64,000 nt of DNA from Gekko japonicus (Eukaryota), in assembly GCF_001447785.1 (NCBI RefSeq), contig NW_015175396.1, positions 165,947 to 229,946 of the forward strand, written 5' to 3'. Positions 22,864-34,480 of the stretch are shown here, in pieces. The position numbers and the translations under genes were made by a program. Within the stretch, counting starts at the first letter, position 1, and the number at the start of each line of letters is the position of its first letter. Below the pieces are notes generated by a model. The model did not search any database, had not been told where the DNA came from, and saw only the letters and a program-made list of their open reading frames with translations.

Positions 22864-23492
22864 TAAGACGGGGACCCGCGATACTCGCGGGGAGGGGAGA
22901 AGAGCTCCGTCTCCTCCATCCCCCCCCGCTCGATCTCCCCGAGGAGGCGGCGGCGAGGCCGGTCCTCCCCCCCCGCCCGGCTCCAAGGCGGAGGCGGCGA
23001 GTCCGGTTCCCCGGCCGGGCTCCGTGGTGGCGGCGGCGGCGAGGCCGGTCCTCCCCCCGCCTGGCTTCGAGGCAGCGGCGAGTCCGGTGCCCCCCTGCCC
23101 GGCTCCGACCCGGCTGGGCTCCGCGGCGGCGAGGCCGGTCCTCCCCCCCCGCCCAGCTCCGAGGCGGAGGCGGCAGCGGAGAGGCCAGTCCTTTCCCCCC
23201 CCTTTGCTGGGCTCGGCGGCGGCGAGGCCGGTCCTCCCCGCCTGCCCGGCTCCGAGGAGGAGGCGGCAGTGGCAGCAAGGCCAGCTACAGAGCGTTCCCT
23301 GCGCATGCGACGCTCTGTCACTTTCGGGGGGGTTTAAACATCCCCCCGAAATTTTTTCAACTTTTTGGATTTTTGTGCACCCGTGGGGACCGCCCCACGT
23401 GTGCACAAACCTCCCCCTCCCCCCCAAGTGCCCCCGGAGCGCTGATTTAGCGATCCGCACTCCGGGGGCAACTTGGCTATTAGATATATAGA
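22864..23492 (-). mobile_element. Non-autonomous Helitron-like element with GC-rich ~90-bp internal repeats
   Basis: Minus strand starts A|TCTATATATC; sub-terminal hairpin CCCGCG-ATACT-CGCGGG at 22875-22891; 3' end imperfect (CTTA|T); no TSD; GGCGGCGAGGCCGGTCCTCCCC four times. Confidence 0.62.
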
Positions 23493-23720
23493 TATGTCAG
23501 AACTGGAGATTGATGTATGCTAAATTGTGAGAATTCAGTCATTTGATCCTATCCATCTTTCTAGTGTGGAGGCAAACTTTAAAGCATCTTGGCTGTGTAG
23601 AATATTTTTTTTGTCCCCAGAATAGGGAAAACATAGAAGTCCCTGCCCTGCCTGAAGACTTAAATTCTGGGAGACTTGACACATGAACAAAAAAGGGAAA
23701 TTGAAGGGGACTGTGACATT

Positions 23721-24705
23721 TAGGGTTGCCGGGGTCCCCCTGGCCATCAGCAGGGGATGGGGGGGGTATGTTTGCCAGATCCAGGTTGGAAACTCCTGGA
23801 TATTTGGAAGTGGAGCCTGGGGAGGACAGGAACCTCACTGGGGTACAATGCCACAGAGTCCACCCTCTAAAGCATCAATTTCTCTAGGGGAACTGATGTC
23901 TTTAGTCTGGAGAGGAGTTGTAATTCTGTGAGATCCCCAGGTCCCACCTGGAGGCTGGCATGCATACTAGAGACTGGCCTGAAATTTGGCAGGATTTGAG
24001 ATCTGGCTAGGGTTGCCATCGAGTTGCCATGAATCATTTGTAAAAAACATTTTTTATTTTACTGATTTTTAAAAAATGAATGTATGCTAGGAGGTAGTTG
24101 TTAATTTCCTGCATCATGCAGGGGGTTGGACTAGATGGCCCTGGACATCCCTTCCAACTCTATGATTCTATGTTCCCCCTCGCCACCTGCAAGGGATGGG
24201 AGAGAAGTGTTGCCAGATCCAGGCTGGGAAACTCCTGGAGATTTGGGAGGGGAGCCTCAGGAGGACACATACTTCAGTGGGGTACAGTGCCACAGATAGG
24301 GTTGCCAAGTCAATTTATCTTACCGGCGGGGGAGCCTCGCCGGGCTCCGAGAGCCGTCCGTCGATGTGCGCGCGCGCCGCCAGCACGTCACCAGAAGTGA
24401 CGCACGACATCGATCACATTGAGGGCGTGGCCCCGATCATTGGAGGGAAAACCATAGAGTTTTCCCTCCGACGATCGGGGCCACGCGGGGGGCAGAGTTC
24501 CCCCCGGGGCCCGATTCCGTGGCGGCAGGAATCGGGCCTCCAAAGTGGGGGTTTACCCGCCACCCGCCCCCACTTGGCAGCCCTAGCCACAGAGTCCACC
24601 CTCCCAAGCATCCATTTTCTCCAGGGGAACTGATTGCTGTACTGTGGAGATGAACTGTAATTCTGGGGGATCCCCGGGTCCCTCCAGGCGGTTGGCAACC
24701 CTAGC
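23721..24705. mobile_element. Cluster of TAGGGTTGCC-family hAT MITEs plus a short CR1 3' end (~24085-24172)
   Basis: Repeated body CCAGGTTGGAAACTCCTGGA..CCACAGAGTCCACCCTC..; GGCAACCCTA end at 24704; CR1 tail CTCTATGATTCTATG. Confidence 0.72.
24297..24585. mobile_element. GC-rich hAT MITE nested in a related MITE
   Basis: TIR TAGGGTTGCCAAGT/ACTTGGCAGCCCTA; perfect TSD GCCACAGA at 24289-24296 and 24586-24593. Confidence 0.88.
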
Positions 24706-26707
24706 AACTTTGAGAATGATTTCTTACATATTTATTTATAAAATTATCCTGGCTTTCCATGTCAGCTCAGTTTTCAGTGAATAGCCCAAGAATCACAAAG
24801 CTGTGCTTCAATCCAGAGCCTGGAGTAAGAGAATGGTAGGTTTTTGTTTTCTTTTGAAATGAGTCATGGCTAAAGCAGAAGGCAAAGATCTTAACTGTAC
24901 GTACAGGTCTCTGTCCTTGCAGAACTCTGGTGTGATAACACAGTACACAAAGTTCAGAAAGCAAGCAAGCACTGTATAAATAACGCAGATCATGGAGGTG
25001 CACAAAAGTATGCTAAGGAAAATATATTATAGAAATAACAAAGATAACAAGGACCACATGTGTGACCATCGTTTTCTTGATTAGTCTTGCACACATCTGG
25101 CTTATGTCTTTTTACTGGAGAAAGTGTGTAGTGGGAGAAATTGTTAAAAGTCATACTTGTTGCTACAGCTTAAACAGTAATTTCTTGGGAGTGGTAGAAG
25201 ATGCAAGCTTAGATGCTTGTGCATGTGTCAGGGATTCCATGGAGGGAGTTTTTGGTTTCCGGAAGATGACAAAATTATGTTAATATCCAGTATCTGAAGC
25301 ACTATCAGGAAAGAATGGCCTCCCCACCACCACTGCCTGAAGTGACTACAGACAGCTTTCCCCTTCTTTTTGGTCACCTTCTTTTTTAAAACTCACATAG
25401 TAGAGAGTAGTAAAATGGGCAGTGTTTCCTTGTTTACCAGCTTGTCAAGAAGTTAATACTTTTACATTTATCTTCCTTTTTGTTTCATTTCATTTTAGCT
25501 AGCTTTCTTTGAAAGGGTTTGGGGGTGGGTCAGTTGCAAGCATTGTAGAAAATAATATTTAATTTTACAAAATACCATTGAGAAACTTAACACCGAGTTA
25601 TCAATGACATATGTCATTTTGCAAAATGGTTTCTTTTGTAATGGCTCTGGAGAAATCCTAAGGGACAAAAATATGGCTAAATTAGCCACTGATATGGGTC
25701 TAAAATATCTTCAGTGCGGATACTGATACTGACTTAATGGATCTGCAGTCACTTGCTTCTGCTGCATTTCAGCTAAGACTTTTTAAAAACTGAGGCTTTA
25801 TACATTAATGAAGCTTTATACCAGCTGCTGCTTCATGAGAGAGGCAGCCATTCAGTTGCAGAATTATTTTTTGGAACAGGACACTTAATGATGTCAGTGT
25901 ATGTGGTTTTCCCCTACCTAGTTTTCCAAGACTTGGAAAGCAATCCCTCCCTCCCTCCCTCCCTCCCTGATAAATGTATTGAAATCAAAAATGCGTACTA
26001 TCCACCCATCATACAGAACACAATTGCACATTTAACATACGTAATTGTTCTCTGGGTGATAATGGCAGTAGGAAAGGTAAAGGGGAAAAACAGGCCTCCA
26101 AGGCTGCTTTGAAATTTAATTGTCTTGTGCTGAAACACGCAATTTTCTATTAAAATCTTACTTTATCTAATTGGTTCATTTGCTCTCTGATTATCAGTTT
26201 AACTTGTCTGCCACAAACATCTGCATCTGGGTTTAATTGGTATGAATTCTGAGCACTGAAATAGTCACGCTGCAACAAAATAATTTTTGAAAGCGTTCTG
26301 AAATTCATTAATGGAAAGAAAATGTCCGATGAATTGAATGTGCTTCACATTAAACATTTGCAATCAACGTGGCGTCCTCTTTTCCCTGTTCTCGGTCTAA
26401 AACATTCTTTCATTGATAAAATGTAAACATCCTAATGCCATCAAAGCAAATTCATTTGAAGGTAGGTCTTGGAGATATGCTTGAGTTTAGTACTGAGTAA
26501 TTATGTTAGTTTATCTGATGTAAAATACTAAGCTTTTATTGGGACCAGCTGCTGGAAACAAAGGAATAAATACTCTTGGCTCATCTTATTTGTTTGGTAA
26601 GCAAGGCACTGCCAACCTTTCTCTTCAAGTTGTTGGGCTGGAGCCAATGAATGGTGAGCAGAAGAAAGATGGCTGCTTGTGATGTCCTTTGTGCCAAAGG
26701 TTGTGGA

Positions 26708-26914
26708 TAGGGTTGCCAGCTCTGAGTGGGGAAATACCTGGAGAGTTTGGGGGTGGAACCTGAGGAGGAGGGTGGGGTTTGGGAAGGGAGGGATCTCTGC
26801 AAGGTATAATACCACCCTCCAAAGCAGCCATTTTCTACAGGGGAACTGATTGTGGTCATCTGGAGATCATTTGTAATAGTGGGAGGTTGGTAACCCTGGA
26901 GGCTGGTAACCCTA
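26708..26914. mobile_element. TAGGGTTGCC-family MITE
   Basis: TIR TAGGGTTGCCAGC/GCTGGTAACCCTA; degenerate 8-bp TSD GTTGTGGA/GCTGTGCA. Confidence 0.75.
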
Positions 26915-26965
26915 GCTGTGCAAGGGTTTACACACTGCTATATAGATGGGTTCTCGAACTTGCAT

Positions 26966-28516
26966 AAACTAGTAATTGAGAGAATAGTAGCCAAGCAGCT
27001 CCAAAATTTCCTGGATGATACATCGGCATTGGATCCATTCCAGTCCGGTTTTCGCCTTGGCCACGGGATGGAGACGGTGGTGGTCACCCTGAGAGATGAT
27101 CTCTGCAGGCAGCTGGATCGAGGCGAGTTGGCGCTGTTGCTTGATCTCACAGCGGTGTTCGACACAGTTGATTGCGATTTTCTGACTCACCACCTCACCG
27201 ACATAGGAGTTCAGGAGGTTGTCCTGAATTGGCTCTCTTCATTCCTCCATGGTTGGGGATAGAGGGTGGTGCTGGGAGAGAGGGTGTCAACTAGGTACCC
27301 CTAAACATGTGGGGTTCCTCAGGGGGCAGTCCTCTCCCCGATGGTATTTAACATCTATATGTGCCCATTCGCCCAGCTGGTATGGAGTTTTGGGCTGGGG
27401 TGTCATCATCAGTACGCTGATGACACCCAGCTATATCTGCTACTGCACAGCTGTGCCGCCTGGACACTGCCCCACATAATCTGGCCAGGGGTTTGGAGGC
27501 CGTGGTGGGATGGTTAAAAAAGAATAGGCTGAAGCTGAATCCGACAAAGACAAAGGTTCTGTGGCTGTCGGGTGTGTGTGTCAGAGTTGGGGCACAAACT
27601 TCCCACCCATGACGGGGCACCACTAGCACAATCCATCAGAAGTTTGGGTGTGGTCCTGGATGCCTCCCTAACTATGGAGGGCCCAAGTCATGAATATTGC
27701 CAGAATGGCATTTTTCCACCTACGCTAAGCATGGCAACTGGCCCCTTTCCTGTTGCGTCCTGATCTAGCCACAGTAATCCATGCAACGGTCACCTCTAGA
27801 CTAGACTACTGTAACTCGCTCTACGCCGGCCTTCCCTTGAGACTTACCCGGAAACTCCAGCTGGTTCAGAATGCAATGGTGCATGTCCTGACAGGAACAC
27901 CATGGATGGCACATATACAACCTGTGCTGCGCCTGCTACACTGGCTTCCAGTGGAATACCGAGTCAGATTCAAGGTGTTGACCTTTAAGGCCTTGAGCAG
28001 TCTGGAACCTTCATATCTTTGGGACAGTCTCCTCTGGTGTGTCCTAGGGAGAGCGCTACGCTGAGAGCAATTTGCTGGTGATCCCTGGCCCAAAAGATAT
28101 CCGGCTGTCCTCAACCAGAGCCAGGGCTTTTTCGGCCCTGGCTCCAACCTGGCGGAACTTTCTGCCAACTTCCATCGGGGCCCTGTGGGACTTCCGCAGT
28201 TCCACAGGGCCCGTAAAGCAGAAATGTTCTGCCAGGCTTTTGGTTGAGGACAGCAACGGTTTTGCATCATAGCTGCCCCCCTCTTTTCTTCCATTCTGCC
28301 CACTTCAGCCTCCTCCCTAACCCGCCCACTAGATAGACGAGCAGTCCAGAGTAGGTTTTGGATTAAGTTATGGACACCATCTAGAGACTATTAAATTAGG
28401 ACCAATTGATTTTTGATAGTAGTATGTAATTCTATATTGTTTTTAACTGTTTAAAATCACCCAGAGCCTTGTGTACTCAGGGACTGGGCGATCCAGAAAT
28501 ATAATGATGATGATGA
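26966..28516 (+). mobile_element. L2 LINE, 5'-truncated, decayed RT and 3' UTR
   Basis: LDPFQSGFRLGHGMET, LLDLTAVFDTVD, GVPQGAVLSP, YADDTQLY, VTSRLDYCNSL, LHWLPVEYRVRFK. Confidence 0.9.
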
Positions 28517-29144
28517 TGTGCAGACTCTAGTGCGTAGTCTTGCACAGACAGAAGAGAAATTTTGGATCTAGTTTCACTTCCCTTCTGCAGTTTGTTAGCA
28601 CAAGTTTTAAAGCAGCCATTGCATAATCTGAACACACCTTTTGCACACAGAAGGGCATCTTTTAGGCCCAGTTTATAGATGTGTGTTCCAGGGATGTGCT
28701 TCCCCATTGACAAGCATATAGCCCAGACCCATGTTTGTGGAGATTCCTTCCCTCCCAGCCACATTTGATTGCTGTTGGGAAACCAGCTCAAGCCTATTTG
28801 ATACTTAATGAAATCCATACAGGATTTTTTTTTAATGAGCAGTAACTCATGTCTGCTTTTATTTAGGCCCCTTTTGCTGTGCAGTACCTTCTTTGTCCTT
28901 AATCATAGTTCTCATTTTGCTGAAATTGCAGGAAAATATTTCGACAAGGGCCTCAAGCCTTAATTGATGTATCTGACAGATTAATCAACTACAACCTTGG
29001 TTGCTTAAGTGGGGGGGGGGCAATTTTAGTTTCCTTGGAGGGTGTTTTGGTTCTGTTGAGTTAAATTGATAAGAAGTCAAAATTTGAGTCCAGTGGCAAT
29101 TTAAAGACGAACATTTCTGTTCTGGGATATAAGTGTTTTTTGAG

Positions 29145-29357
29145 TAAGGTTGCCAGGTGGGGGATGGAGATCTCCCAGAATTTCAGCTTATCTCCAGATA
29201 AGAGAGATCAGTTCCCCCGGAGGAAATGGCTGCTTTGGTGGGTGGACTCTATGCTTACCTCACTGAGGTCCCTCCCTTCCTCAAACCCTGTCCTCCCAAG
29301 GCTCCACCCCCCAACAAAAATCTCTGGGAATTTCCCAACCTGACACTGGCAACCCTT
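29145..29357. mobile_element. TAGGGTTGCC-family MITE inserted in a Penelope-like fragment (~29075-29390)
   Basis: TAAGGTTGCCAG/CTGGCAACCCTT; TSD TTTTTGAG/TTTGTGAG. Confidence 0.72.
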
Positions 29358-29868
29358 TTTGTGAGTCGAAGCTCATTTCCTCAGGTACGACAACAAACGA
29401 AAAAGAAAATATTAAAGCTGGACTTGCTTTCTAACAATGGTAAGCAAGCAAGGTTTTGCCTATCAAAAAAGAATCTATATTGAGATTTTGATAGTATTTG
29501 TCTTCATGAGTCCTGTAAAAGGGCAAGGTAATAACTAAAATTATTTAATAAATTAGCAGTCATATTTAAAGGATATTTCTTGATTATTTATTGAACATTG
29601 ATGATAATTATTTCTGAAATTTGGCCCTTAGTTATATTACACTACAATCCGAAACAGAATTCCTCTCTTCTAAGCACATCAACATCAATGGATTTAGGAA
29701 GGGTGTAATTCTGCTTCAGGATAGTATATCAGATGTCTTTCAAAATCTCACGTAGCCCCACTGTATATATTTCAGGTACCCGTCTTTTCCATATTGTCTT
29801 ATGAAGTCGTCAAACAACATACGCTACGCGTGTCAATAATTGCCTTTTCTTTCTTTTTTTCTTTAAAG

Positions 29869-30023
29869 TTCCTCCCAAGTTTCTGAAGAAGCCTTCTAAT
29901 ATCTATGCACATGAGTCCATGGATATTATATTTGAATGCGATGTGACAGGGAAACCAACTCCAACAGTGAAGTGGGTCAAGAATGGAGACGTGGTGATTC
30001 CTAGTGATTACTTCAAAATTGTT
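29869..30023 (+). CDS. NEO1: NEO1 exon ~6 (Ig4 N-half)
   Basis: ttaaag|TT CCT: [52 protein letters not shown]; donor gtaagt; 155 nt. Confidence 0.96.
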
Positions 30024-30633
30024 GTAAGTTTACATATCCCATGATACTGATTTGCTTATTACTAAATACTTTAGTTAAATCTACAGAGTGCTGGATTTTA
30101 CTGTATGCTTGCCAGTATATGAATGATCCAGAAAAGTATTGATCTTTACTTGAGTCTTCAAATAACTGACCCCCTGTATTGTGCAATGTGTTCAAGAATT
30201 TTGAAAAGTTGGGTCACATATAAGTCTTTTTTGCTGGTCTTACTTTTCGAGCTGATCATGTATTGATGCACTGGGCTTAGCTAGGAAGAAGGGCTTTGTA
30301 ATCTTTTTGTAAAATGGAACAGTCTCTTTTCTGCACTAAGGCAGGGAGTCTTAAAGCACACACCTTAAGATATGTCCATATTCCATTGAAGAGATTGTGG
30401 ATGGCCCAGTCAAATTGATAAGGGGGTGCAGTGTAGTACTGGGCTTTTGCTAGTCATCTGAAAGTATTTTGAGAAGTCTCCTTGCCTTGGAATTTCTCTG
30501 AGAAATTATTGCAGTACATGATATCCGCAGACAGCTAAGAGCCTAATCTTGCAATTGTAATTGGTAACACATTACCAAGCTTATCGTTCACTAAACATGG
30601 ATAGAAAATGATAGCATTTGTGCTCTCTCTTAG

Positions 30634-30754
30634 AAGGAGCATAACCTGCAGGTTTTGGGCCTGGTGAAATCGGATGAAGGCTTTTATCAGTGCATTGCAG
30701 AAAATGATGTGGGGAACGTACAGGCGGGAGCCCAGCTGATAATACTCGATCACG
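30634..30754 (+). CDS. NEO1: NEO1 exon ~7 (Ig4 C-half)
   Basis: cttag|AAG GAG: [40 protein letters not shown]; donor G|gtaagg; 121 nt. Confidence 0.96.
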
Positions 30755-32077
30755 GTAAGGAACTGGGATCAGGCACTGATAAAGCAGGGCAGAAACATTT
30801 CAGGTTTGCTACTTGATTCTCCTACATAGCATTATTTCTACTGGTCATGTAAGCCAAGACTGCCTTTTTTTGAGGAAATGGGTAACAGCTACTTAAACAT
30901 CCACTACATTCATGGTTTTCATAACAGACAATTTACTAGCCATTCCTTTTCAATTTTTAACATTGTACTTGTGAATTCCAGAGTATTTTCCTTAAACATG
31001 ACAAGGCTAAGACAAAAAGCATCACTCTACTATAGTGGCGGCAATGATAAAGTGGATAATGGCTATTGAGTCTTAACAGCGGAATTCATTTTAGTTGCAA
31101 CAACTATCATTAACTTAATCTTTTTCTCAAAATAAACCCTCCAATGACTAAATAGAACAAATTCTTTTTTTATTTTATTTTTTAAAAAAAACCCTTTTGT
31201 ACTTCGAAAAATGCTTTGGTTCCTTATAACTTCCCACTTTTCTTCTGTAAAAAAATAAATAAATTCAAGGCCGCTAACAAAGCGGGAGTGAAATAGCAAA
31301 TTGCTGAAAGCAGTACAGTATTTGTCTTGCCGCCGTTTTAAACTTATGTCCCACAATAAATATTTCAGATGTTGAGGGAACATAACTGTTGCCACTTTTT
31401 GAAATACTATGATTTATTAAACAAGCACTTGGATGGATTGCACTTGTTATGCATTCAACCATCATTCAGCTGATACCAGTTATGTGGCTGTAGCTGCTTA
31501 GAGCAGCTGCCCATGCTTAGAAGGAGGCGAGCAAGTACATCTTCCAAATGCACTGGTGTGTTTGTGCATGGTGTGGTATGGTACCATGGGTGTGTTAAGT
31601 GCTATCAAGTCGCTTCCAACTGACAGTGATCGTATAAATTAAGGACCTCCAGAAAGCTTTATCATTAACTGCTTTGTTCAGGTCTTGCAAACCAAGGACC
31701 GTGGCTTTCTTGAATGAGTCAATCTCTCTCATGTTAGATCTGTAGCTTTCAGTTATTAGTTCGGAAGCGGAAATGATTTTTAAAAATAAGGTAGACCACT
31801 GGGGCTTGTTTTAATTGTTCTGTGAAAATCTGTTGAGTAGTTTTAAATATAAGAGGGAGATTCCCTTTGTTTCCCCCATGTCTTTTCCCATTATGCACTA
31901 CGGGTCATTTGTAGCAAATGAAGCCAGAAGAAAGTGTGAGGGGAAGGGGGTGACACTTCTGTGTATTGTCTGATGAAACATTCCAGTTCTAAGTAGGAAA
32001 ACTGGGATGATGTGTCCTATCAGTATAAGGCTTCAATATGTGTGGGTGAAATTTGGATCTTCTGTTTAGCACACTTG

Positions 32078-32292
32078 TATGGTTGCCAGCTTTGGGTGGG
32101 GGAATTCCTGGAGATTTGGGGATTGGAGCTTGGAGATGGCGCGATTTCGGGAAGGTGGGTTTTACAGTAGGGTTTTTTGCCATGGATAGTCCACCCTCAA
32201 AACCAGCCATTTTCTCCAGGAGAACTGATTTTGGTTGCCTGGAGATCAGTTGTGATAGTGGGAGATCTCCAGGCCCCACCTGGAGGCAACTC
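32078..32292. mobile_element. TAGGGTTGCC-family MITE (degenerate)
   Basis: TATGGTTGCCAG...GGCAACTCA with family body. Confidence 0.65.
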
Positions 32293-33267
32293 ATATGTGA
32301 ATATATCATGTTTCTTTAGAACTATTTTTATTTTTGAGTGTACTGTATATTCGAAATCAGTTGCCTGCCTTTTTTTTTTTTTAATCCCCATGCTTCTGAA
32401 GATTCCAGAGTTCCCAAGAGGATGAGTCCCTGCGTAACTATTCAGTTTGGGGATATTTGTATTTACTGTGCAGTTGGCACCATTAGGTGTTTGTATTAGG
32501 TTTTGTTAATCTTAAGAAAACCGTATTAGGGAGCACATTTTAATGAAACACTGTTTACTGTTTCTTTCATTTTGGATGGTATAATTTCCGATGGAGTTTA
32601 TTTTAGCCGCAGCATTGGATTTTGCAGCCTCTGAGGGAAGGAGATAATTGTGTTTGGTTACCCTTTATTGGTTTCTGAGCAAAAACATAAGTCTGCCTTT
32701 TGTAGTGCTTTTATGTTAACACCGGTGTATTTCCTATAACGGGGTTGAATGATAGGAAAACTTGCTTTGCTTTTTGAATTTTTTTCATGTGATGCATTGG
32801 CAGTGACATATCTTTTTAGATTATTGGACGTGACAGGGAAAAAAACAATTAAATGACTTCCTTTAAAGCAAAGTATGTCATGAGGATGGGAAGGGAGTGT
32901 TTTTAATCGTAGTTTTATGATTTCCTTTAAAAGTTTACACTGGAAAAAATTTGAAACACCTTCCTTTGCCAAAACGTTACAATCGTACACCCGGTGGACT
33001 TGGTGTGTACACAAACAAGCACATTGTTACCATGTTTCAAGAGTATGGCAGTCAAAAAATTATTTTGGCTAAAAAATTTAGGGTGCCTTAAATTTTCTAC
33101 TTCCATTGCAAAAATCTAGGTAGTTATAATAGGAGGGGGGAAAGTAAAAATCCAGACCCACAATACTTAAGTCACAATATATCACTTTCCCAGATGCTGA
33201 CACATCTGCACATTATGAGTGGTTTTAATTTTTTTTAATTTATATTGTAAGCTGCCTTGAGTTCCAG

Positions 33268-33701
33268 AAGTTTTCTCCCTTTCTCACAATACAAGAATCT
33301 CATGGGCACTCCATGAAATTGCTGAGCGGTTGGGTTAGAACGGATAAAAGGAAGTCCTTCTTCACCCAAAGAGTGATTAACACATGGAATTCACTGCCAC
33401 AGGAAGTGGTGGCGGCGACAAGCATGGACGGCTTCAAAAGGGAATTAGATAAGCATATGGAGCAGAGGTCCATCAGTGGCTATTAGCCACAAGGTATAGA
33501 TAGAGACTCTGGGGCAAGTGATGCTCTGTCATCTTGGTGCTTGGGGGGGTCAACAGTGGGATGGCTTCTAATGTCCTGGCCCCACTGCTGGACCTCCTGA
33601 TGGCACCTGGTATTTCTGGCCACTGTGTGATACAGAGTGTTGGACTGGATGGGCCTTTGGCCTGATCCAACATTGGCATCTCTTATGTTCTTATGTTCTT
33701 A
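33268..33701 (+). mobile_element. CR1 LINE 3' fragment (young)
   Basis: RTDKRKSFFTQRVINTWNSLPQEVV..MDGFKRELDKHME, 3' UTR, (TTCTTATG)2. Confidence 0.88.
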
Positions 33702-33813
33702 AGTGATAAAGCCAGCTAATAAATGTTTTAAATAAATAGGAGGAAGACAGGGCAGCCATTCACTGAATTCTTTGTCAAGAATGGAGTAATAGAATATGCC
33801 ATCAAGGTAGCTG

Positions 33814-33861
33814 GCCTCTCCTCTCCTCTCCTCTCCTCTCCTCTCCTCTCCTCTCCTCTCC
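33814..33861. repeat. (CCTCT)n microsatellite
   Basis: Direct reading. Confidence 0.85.
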
Positions 33862-34012
33862 TTCTCTGATCAATAGATCTTGAGCAGTGACTAGAAGAAT
33901 AATATATTCATTTCTAAAGGAAAATGATAACTGGCAAAAACGTCATGGAGAACTAGATTTTAATCAATATAGGTGGTGTGTCATATCCCTGTACTGCTAT
34001 AACATTCATTAG

Positions 34013-34480
34013 GTGAACAAAGTTTGAGTCCAGTGGCACCTTTAAGACCAACGAAGTTTAATTCTGGATAAACTTTCGTGTGCATGCACACTTCTTCAGA
34101 TACAGTGAAACAACCATTACCGGGGGGGGGGGGGGGGGGGTGCACGGAATTGCCAGGAAAGGCTAGTTTGAGTAGGGATACATAAGTAACTGGGCGATTA
34201 TAGCTGAGATTGGATTAAAAGGGTTGGTAAGATCTGTGAATAACAGTAAATTAGCATACAAATACAAGAGTTAACAAGCAGATGTGAACACTGAGTTTGA
34301 GTCCAGTGGCACCTCCAAGACCAACAAAGTTCAATTCTGGTTATAAGCAAGAATTGAAAGACTTAGCGCATAGATGCATACTTCTTAGACATTGAAACAG
34401 ATTTCCTCAAATAGTGCACATAGGTGATGGGTGGGGTGTTAGTTGCCAAGAAGGGCTAGTTAGAGTCAGGATAACTGAGC
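34013..34480 (-). mobile_element. Penelope-like fragment, two partial tandem pLTR copies
   Basis: GTTTGAGTCCAGTGGCACC at ~34022 and ~34295, each followed by similar downstream sequence. Confidence 0.72.
34064..34105 (-). ncRNA. Minimal type I hammerhead ribozyme motif (Penelope-associated)
   Basis: Minus strand CUGUAU-CUGAAGA-A-GUGUGCAUGCACAC-GAAA-GUUU|AUCCAG; core, palindromic stem II and 5/6-bp stem I present. Confidence 0.62.

Noticed and set aside
22748-23491. Overlapping 155-210 aa ORFs
   Set aside because: Low-complexity translations of a GC-rich tandem repeat that lacks stop codons.
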